DNA of 11,169 bases from Candidatus Iainarchaeum sp. (GTDB taxonomy: Archaea; Iainarchaeota; Iainarchaeia; Iainarchaeales; JAFCCJ01). The notes below the pieces were generated by a model. It did not search any database and was not told the DNA's origin. It worked only from the letters and a program-made list of their open reading frames with translations. Position 1 is the stretch's first letter, and each line of letters starts with the position of its first letter. A program made the translations under genes and the position numbers. Location of the stretch: the NCBI GenBank assembly GCA_043816965.1, contig JBDRHK010000080.1, forward strand, positions 1 to 11,169, written 5' to 3'. This document shows, piece after piece, positions 8,501 to 11,169 of the stretch.

Positions 8501-9378
8501 GGAGCAGCTCAATTGAGAGAGATGGCTATGGCGTGGGCTACAGTGGAGATGTAATAACGCTTTTTGCCCATACAGGAACCACACCCGGAGTTCAGACATT
8601 TCCCGGGCAGGGCATGCATTCTGTTTCTGTTGAAAAGGTTGAGGATCTACAAAGAATAAATTCCGAAAGCAGGGGCGTAACTTGGAGGGTGGAGAAAACA
8701 GGCGCGAATGATTACTCGATGGAGTTCGCCCCCAGTTATGCTACGCCTATTCTTACGAGGGTTATTGAGGACTCTGGCTCTGCAAGTTCCCTGTATTACG
8801 TCCTGAAAGATTCCGAAGCTCAGGATATGGGGGATTATGGCAATCTCTGGACAGGGGTTGCATCAAATATTGCGGATTGCAGAACTTTTGATGGCTCTGC
8901 CATGCCTTACAAAAGCCAGGACTTTAAAAGTAGCCAATTAACAGGAGCATGCTCTCTTGTGCCGGATGTCTCATCAGAAAGAGCATATGGGTTTGGCTGG
9001 AGCCAAGCTCCTGGCGGCGGCAGAATTTACCTGAGGACCATATTCTACACCCCTACTGATTTTTACTATCTCGTTAATGGATGCATAAACGCCGGCGGCA
9101 TTTTCATTTCACCAACCTCAGTGGTTATACAAAACCAGCAGATTCCGCTGAATTATGACGGGAAGTTGAGTGGTGGAAAAATATCTTCTGTCAGTGACCT
9201 GCTAGGATATGTTGGGGAGGGGAAAATGTGCATTTCGCCCCAAGAAGATTCTGTTGAGATTTGGTGGAATCCGAAATACCTATATGGGAAACTCGAGGAG
9301 AATTACACCAATTATTTTGAATCCCTGCAGGCAACTGAAGACATACAGATATGCGAGACCGAGGCAACAATAAGATGA
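2566..9378 (+). CDS. Giant (~2270 aa) membrane-anchored surface protein with carboxypeptidase-regulatory-like beta-sandwich repeats and a VWA domain
   Basis: Uninterrupted 6.8-kb ORF. One hydrophobic helix (nt 2737-2808, FMLFSAGILILLLLLLMLIFSLFF); repeats of the V.V.D..G.P..G..V.......TD..G.......Y.V...K.GY type (nt ~2821-4380 and ~5370-5580); VWA domain DMVFVIDKSGSM...MLIIISD...A..NGVTLFVL...MATDQTGG (nt ~7195-7820). Start may be GTG 2572, which is better spaced from AGGTG. Confidence 0.85.
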   Translation: MLVESLEGDSLGEDTIIDKIKGIYYIFEDKWYDALDVINEKIPVNSIIDPIDEIVPSFMLFSAGILILLLLLLMLIFSLFFTPSLAQFQVFDENGNPLGNIPVSITADGQLKELMTNPLGKVEIELSNPEVEIKIDAEGYKPFHETVAVLIGEINEIELKIEEKVILERTMEFYDKDLKDLIKQKITAVFSCSSGVTSPGKKTTYDGTMRTIFPEGCKTLSAVISSDDYETKTISLQANRTRIDLSRKVILKGKIIVSVREKGTDDYVSGIKLKVYDSTNNLAYEGLTDGSGKRVFEVVPDTYTIRTYDSTGKYNSAESGGIEVGSGEQANVDLEIETPADGYKLKLKFVDSDTNSSISGVRISLYDGNLLFTVTESASDGTMEFVNLGESARYSVVAQHQSYITKVLQGIPAVDSLSSEVRVIPLESIDTNQFGTVTVEVRTLEGTAVDEADVRIYDERYSFHLGFGKTGDNGYKSFFNLPPADYYAKAQSDGAEGISNTGPLNAGETLPLPIVLVLKEGSVEVTVVDAGTGQPIEGSQVGFYNSLNQNKIAGGTSDAEGKIEESFKWNIEPYVVVEKAGYFRTTTPYIELSPGTKKRINVELVVDDSNSAEPTYPELSIKLARILKENGRTATSISKQSYYFFEFRVVVPSDSLTDIEGIVRAGADEEMTSQDSSIVIKDVDLPYQSISAVFSNCFDSSDNYSICSSTINDAKQLNINFGDLGKGVYFFRVKTFVKDVEDNALLEMWYGVKGMESGTEIFKPGRADLYRWFNYLGEPIYCDPQDEGCPNFAFVLMLSDQDSLVKHFDGTISLEPGVTQQLLQGVDYTFQYQIYNWDKDKEDFRDIALDFIFDPINLSVDPPSQTISVFEEGTSIGGSVSLSAIQESALTEVTVALNTGKHDNNVVIPFEVLARKNFEMEFAPSELIGDISNNLVVTVKDAESQESLEGVMVTIDEDAGFSSPYIPAKVTSAGGSVNYLVDRMAVGDFLYVKAEKEFYQSQVAALPVVSSPLIHFDPLGVECVTVEDLDDDPELDLEILHNFSDTFRIRTDDCDDEVDFYLFVPSPVTPITLEAEGHILDQSVTAQPNIQLQRTDFVDVKVNADQFLGQYGVYIKAKYRSRVEYSDLNRVDVYVMPLETQDGYCFEIDKTSYNIFHQEDSGTITNRCHFYIPNPFMPSLNLESQKAGVRRPYLDSQGIVNFNWTAHAEVTSIDKQTEQDFSLSVADSGTEFNVPQDGVLIFEDLVDPYTAIYIDKAETAGLDRFVLNFGVEATDLDIPGNQATRLLMIWDRDGVVLFEEHLQENSSQGTVPDVSVNVRKGDVIHFIIANDASVLRFKYVEMGSTQSFADGPHTSSIIPSEDMRGEIVGTLSDAIVQAIDSADRTNNVISLYVGNDNGDVVNTWITYPDIYASFLGDDVDDGGLIDATIYNQSLEGEEYALLTVEDYTSYDEFGEFAKNKFNYTIWGGTDSISYSGMIPSDGELHAMDGKGADLQFASQVSTFYVTDDSPVVSTFFEDTNATSTSNPQAHVMAKTAAESGGFASIDMVFVIDKSGSMNDEWSTICGRIEGIKSSLLDNGLDTKSLIYEMGEASEASPRKPCADAIASWSDPSYAWDSSSDEAAETWAPSTEFAIDDATDRGFWRPSSYRMLIIISDNIPSGNKGRDSGWRGANVEEKLVMNAIDKARSNGVTLFVLNTSLEVDSKDRYGDPAKYDAIELMEMATDQTGGFIQTYSESDLDLSLENQIITIILRRVPPKIAETFHVRLASGEENVCYGRNDLVGYTGPNAAPRLRFSWDWHSLALNESGFGPCDYANQDYVYCDGLQFTKEIVEKLIKVEELAIDGEYEYIDGYLNFESLLIADGYNDDFFNDFYSYVMQYEFTDAPMRFTNGTNGWQLYFQEPRNKIHLNSVSEGMPVPLTGLYKINISLGFEEGEEWVFFENGQPNADININFERISELRTDNILYYIPFDGEIGTTGSSSIERDGYGVGYSGDVITLFAHTGTTPGVQTFPGQGMHSVSVEKVEDLQRINSESRGVTWRVEKTGANDYSMEFAPSYATPILTRVIEDSGSASSLYYVLKDSEAQDMGDYGNLWTGVASNIADCRTFDGSAMPYKSQDFKSSQLTGACSLVPDVSSERAYGFGWSQAPGGGRIYLRTIFYTPTDFYYLVNGCINAGGIFISPTSVVIQNQQIPLNYDGKLSGGKISSVSDLLGYVGEGKMCISPQEDSVEIWWNPKYLYGKLEENYTNYFESLQATEDIQICETEATIR
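7195..7820 (+). other. von Willebrand factor A domain with MIDAS motif within the giant protein
   Basis: DxSxS motif (DKSGS, nt 7219-7233) after a hydrophobic beta strand; second MIDAS Asp in MLIIISD (nt 7531-7533); typical closing L..MA..TGG-like segment. Confidence 0.85.
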
Positions 9379-9397
9379 ATAATGCCTTATGGCTTAA

Positions 9398-9416
9398 CCG
9401 AAACAAATATATAAAA
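9398..9416 (+). promoter_or_regulatory. Putative BRE + TATA promoter for the 92-aa gene, probably leaderless
   Basis: CCGAAACAAA-TATATAAAA (box 9408-9415) ends 20 nt before ATG 9436; no RBS in between. Confidence 0.6.
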
Positions 9417-9435
9417 GTAATTTATTATTATTTGG

Positions 9436-9714
9436 ATGTCTGCTAAAGGGAAATCCGCAAAGGATATGGCTGTCGGTGAAATCAAAAAAAGCGTTGAAGA
9501 TAATATCAAATCACAGAAATCCAGAAAAATGGTTATTTTTGCAGCGATTGCAATATTAATCCTTATCCTGCTTGTTGTGCTGATTGCGAGCATTCTCCCA
9601 ATTCTTGCCGACACCTGCTCAAATCAGGTTCAGGACGGGGATGAACTGGCAGTTGACTGCGGGGGTAGTTGCAAGGAGTGTGATGAGGGTCAAAATTTTA
9701 TTCTTAGTCCGTGA
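9436..9714 (+). CDS. Small single-pass membrane protein with one Cys-rich C-x-x-x-x-Q-D-G-D-E-x-x-V-D-C-G-G-S-C-x-x-C module
   Basis: Lys-rich N-terminus, ~25-residue hydrophobic helix (MVIFAAIAILILILLVVLIASILPIL), then TCSNQVQDGDELAVDCGGSCKEC (cysteines at nt 9616-9681), resembling the widespread extracellular TCSDGIQNGDETGVDCGGSC repeat. Has its own promoter-like sequence. Confidence 0.8.
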   Translation: MSAKGKSAKDMAVGEIKKSVEDNIKSQKSRKMVIFAAIAILILILLVVLIASILPILADTCSNQVQDGDELAVDCGGSCKECDEGQNFILSP

Positions 9715-9735
9715 GCGCTGATAATCTATAGTCAC

Positions 9736-10449
9736 TTACTTAATAGCTTCCCACATGATTTCGTCCTTTGGACTTATTTTAATTCCTTCACTAGTTATTT
9801 CAAATGGATGCACTGTTTTCGAATGGTCCGTTCCCCGCATTTTCCTCACGAAAACACTCCTGTGCGGGGGTGTGAAATACAACGCAATTACCCCGTCAGC
9901 AACAAATTCCTCAACCCCAAACGCGGAAAACTGCATTCTCCCGCCCATTGTTTCCGAGGTCAGTATTGTGGTACAGTCCAAATCCTTCAATGCATTGGTG
10001 AATCGGTAAAGGATTCCCCTTAAGGCCCCTTCATCCCTGACCCATACCCCGAATGCAGAGGTAGAATCCACAACCAATCTCTCGGCTCCAATCTCCTGGA
10101 CCATTTGCGATATAATCTCCAATTCCTTGTCAATTTGCTCTTCAACCGATCTCTGGTGCCTCATACTATCCAAATTCAGCCTGTAAATCTTTATCAGGTT
10201 CTTGTCCTGAAGGGCCTTTATGTCCCAATTGAAGCTCTGCATATTCCAGGTTATGTTTTTGAGGTTTCCCTCCAATGTTACATAAAGCCCTGGCTCCTCC
10301 AGTTCCTTTGCCCCCTGGTAAATATACTGCATGGCAAAAATAGTCTTCCCTGTTCCGCTTCCACCGGAAAGCAGGACACTGCTCCCTTTTGGAATCCCGC
10401 CCTGAACCAGTTCATCAAGGCCGGCAATACCTGTCTTTACTCTCTCCAT
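9736..10449 (-). CDS. Single-domain KaiC/RAD55-like RecA-superfamily ATPase, 237 aa
   Basis: MERVKTGIAGLDELVQGGIP start, Walker A GGSGTGKT, YVTLE, Walker B RLVVDS, GVEEFVADGVIAL and R-finger motif VRKMRGT.HS. GGTG lies 5 nt upstream of the ATG. Confidence 0.93.
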   Translation of the reverse strand: MERVKTGIAGLDELVQGGIPKGSSVLLSGGSGTGKTIFAMQYIYQGAKELEEPGLYVTLEGNLKNITWNMQSFNWDIKALQDKNLIKIYRLNLDSMRHQRSVEEQIDKELEIISQMVQEIGAERLVVDSTSAFGVWVRDEGALRGILYRFTNALKDLDCTTILTSETMGGRMQFSAFGVEEFVADGVIALYFTPPHRSVFVRKMRGTDHSKTVHPFEITSEGIKISPKDEIMWEAIK

Positions 10450-10488
10450 TAAAACACCAATTTCCTCTTATTCTATAGTAAAACCTGA

Positions 10489-10508
10489 TTATTAAACTTT
10501 TCCCCATC
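10489..10508 (-). promoter_or_regulatory. Putative BRE + TATA promoter of the KaiC-like gene
   Basis: Minus strand reads GATGGGGAAAAG-TTTAATAA (box 10496-10489), about 40 nt upstream of the ATG at 10449. Confidence 0.55.
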
Positions 10509-10526
10509 ATAATTCGGCTGTGAAAG

Positions 10527-10548
10527 GATGGGAAAAAGACTTATATAA
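10527..10548 (+). promoter_or_regulatory. Putative BRE + TATA promoter of scpA, probably leaderless
   Basis: GATGGGAAAAAGAC-TTATATAA (box 10541-10548) ends 21 nt before ATG 10570; no RBS. Confidence 0.65.
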
Positions 10549-10569
10549 CCATTATCTAATAATTAGCCT

Positions 10570-11169
10570 ATGGATGGGGAAAATAATGGGCAAAATGAGC
10601 TAGATGAGCTGAAGCAGGATGAAATTGGCGATAAATTCACCGAGGGCAAGGTGGATCTGGTTGATTTAATTGACCAGCCTGCATGGAAAACAATCCTTAT
10701 TGATTTAGTAAAGTCAGCCAAAATGGACCCATGGAATATCGATGTTTCAGAACTTGCCGATAAATACCTCCAGAAAATAAACGCCCTTGAGGGGAGTGAT
10801 TTAAGGCTCCCTGCAAACGCAATCCTTGCCTCGGCAATACTGCTCAAATTCAAGTCGCGTATTCTGAATATTGGCTCCATCGAGGATGAGGAGGAATTCC
10901 TTGCGAAGCGTAAAATGGGCGAGGATGAAATGAAATTGATTGATGGCCTGCTCCCTGAGCTGAAAACCACCTCAAAGGCAAAGGAAGGAAGGGTTTCACT
11001 GGATGATTTGGTTGACAGCATTGAAAAGATGCTGCAGAAGAGCAAGAAGAAAAAAGGGGTGCTGATAAGGGATGTTGAAAAACCGGAATTCCAGATTCCG
11101 ATAAATGAATTCGATATTGGTGAGAGGGTTGAGGAGGTTTATATAATGATTAATGAGAAGGTGGATTCC
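10570..11169 (+). CDS. scpA: Segregation and condensation protein A (kleisin subunit of SMC-ScpAB), 3'-truncated by the window edge
   Basis: Not in the ORF track because no stop falls in the window. My translation from ATG 10570: MDGENNGQNELDELKQ...QPAWKTILIDLVKSAKMDPWNIDVSELADKYLQKINALEGSDLRLPANAILASAILLKFKSRIL...GRVSLDDLVDSIEKML... DPWxID and A..L..A.ILL..KS are archaeal ScpA signatures. Confidence 0.9.
   Translation, partial: MDGENNGQNELDELKQDEIGDKFTEGKVDLVDLIDQPAWKTILIDLVKSAKMDPWNIDVSELADKYLQKINALEGSDLRLPANAILASAILLKFKSRILNIGSIEDEEEFLAKRKMGEDEMKLIDGLLPELKTTSKAKEGRVSLDDLVDSIEKMLQKSKKKKGVLIRDVEKPEFQIPINEFDIGERVEEVYIMINEKVDS

Noticed and set aside
2566..9378. Intein, diversity-generating retroelement target or toxin domain in the giant ORF
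   Set aside because: No intein C...HN-[CST] or LAGLIDADG motifs, no near-identical template/variable repeat pair or reverse transcriptase, and no toxin catalytic motif noticed by eye. The protein repeats are too diverged to show as DNA repeats.
9436..9610. Type IV pilin/archaellin class III signal peptide in the 92-aa protein
   Set aside because: The basic region ends KSRK-M; the [KR]-[GA] cleavage motif and +5 Glu are absent.
3881..9614. Short alternative-frame and antisense ORFs inside or overlapping the giant gene and the 92-aa gene
   Set aside because: They overlap better-supported CDSs and show no motifs or start signals; expected by chance.
9711..9735. Hairpin terminator between the convergent 92-aa and KaiC-like genes
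   Set aside because: Only a 4-bp GTGA/TCAC complement and no T-tract; insufficient support.
9736..10449. Circadian clock kaiC or recombinase radA/radB assignment
   Set aside because: Single domain, no kaiA/kaiB nearby and no RadA N-terminal domain; fits the generic archaeal KaiC-like ATPase family, so no gene symbol is given.
9755..11045. Plus-strand ORFs 9755-10009, 9808-10023 and 10105-10452, and minus-strand ORF 10563-11045
   Set aside because: Antisense to the KaiC-like gene and to scpA, both of which carry clear family motifs.

Overview
Archaeal chromosomal window: TATA/BRE-type promoters, GGTG(G/A) ribosome-binding sites, apparently leaderless genes, and archaeal-type AhcY, KaiC-like ATPase and ScpA. 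A DPANN lineage such as Iainarchaeota/Diapherotrites is my tentative guess, not proven. Left to right: a bipartite lipoate-protein ligase (small accessory subunit lplB, then catalytic lplA); S-adenosylhomocysteine hydrolase (ahcY); a ~2270-aa N-terminally membrane-anchored acidic surface protein with ~6-7 carboxypeptidase-regulatory-like/prealbumin-type beta-sandwich repeats, many paired cysteines and an internal von Willebrand A domain with a MIDAS motif; a 92-aa single-pass membrane protein with one Cys-rich DCGGxC module; a single-domain KaiC/RAD55-like ATPase on the minus strand; and the 5' part of scpA (SMC kleisin), which runs off the window and is absent from the ORF track. No rRNA, tRNA, CRISPR array or mobile element was seen. 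The best candidate for something undescribed is the giant vWA-bearing surface protein (possible adhesin) and its small Cys-rich neighbour. Smaller oddities are a mirror-symmetric divergent kaiC-like/scpA promoter and an lplB-lplA junction one base away from an in-frame fusion.
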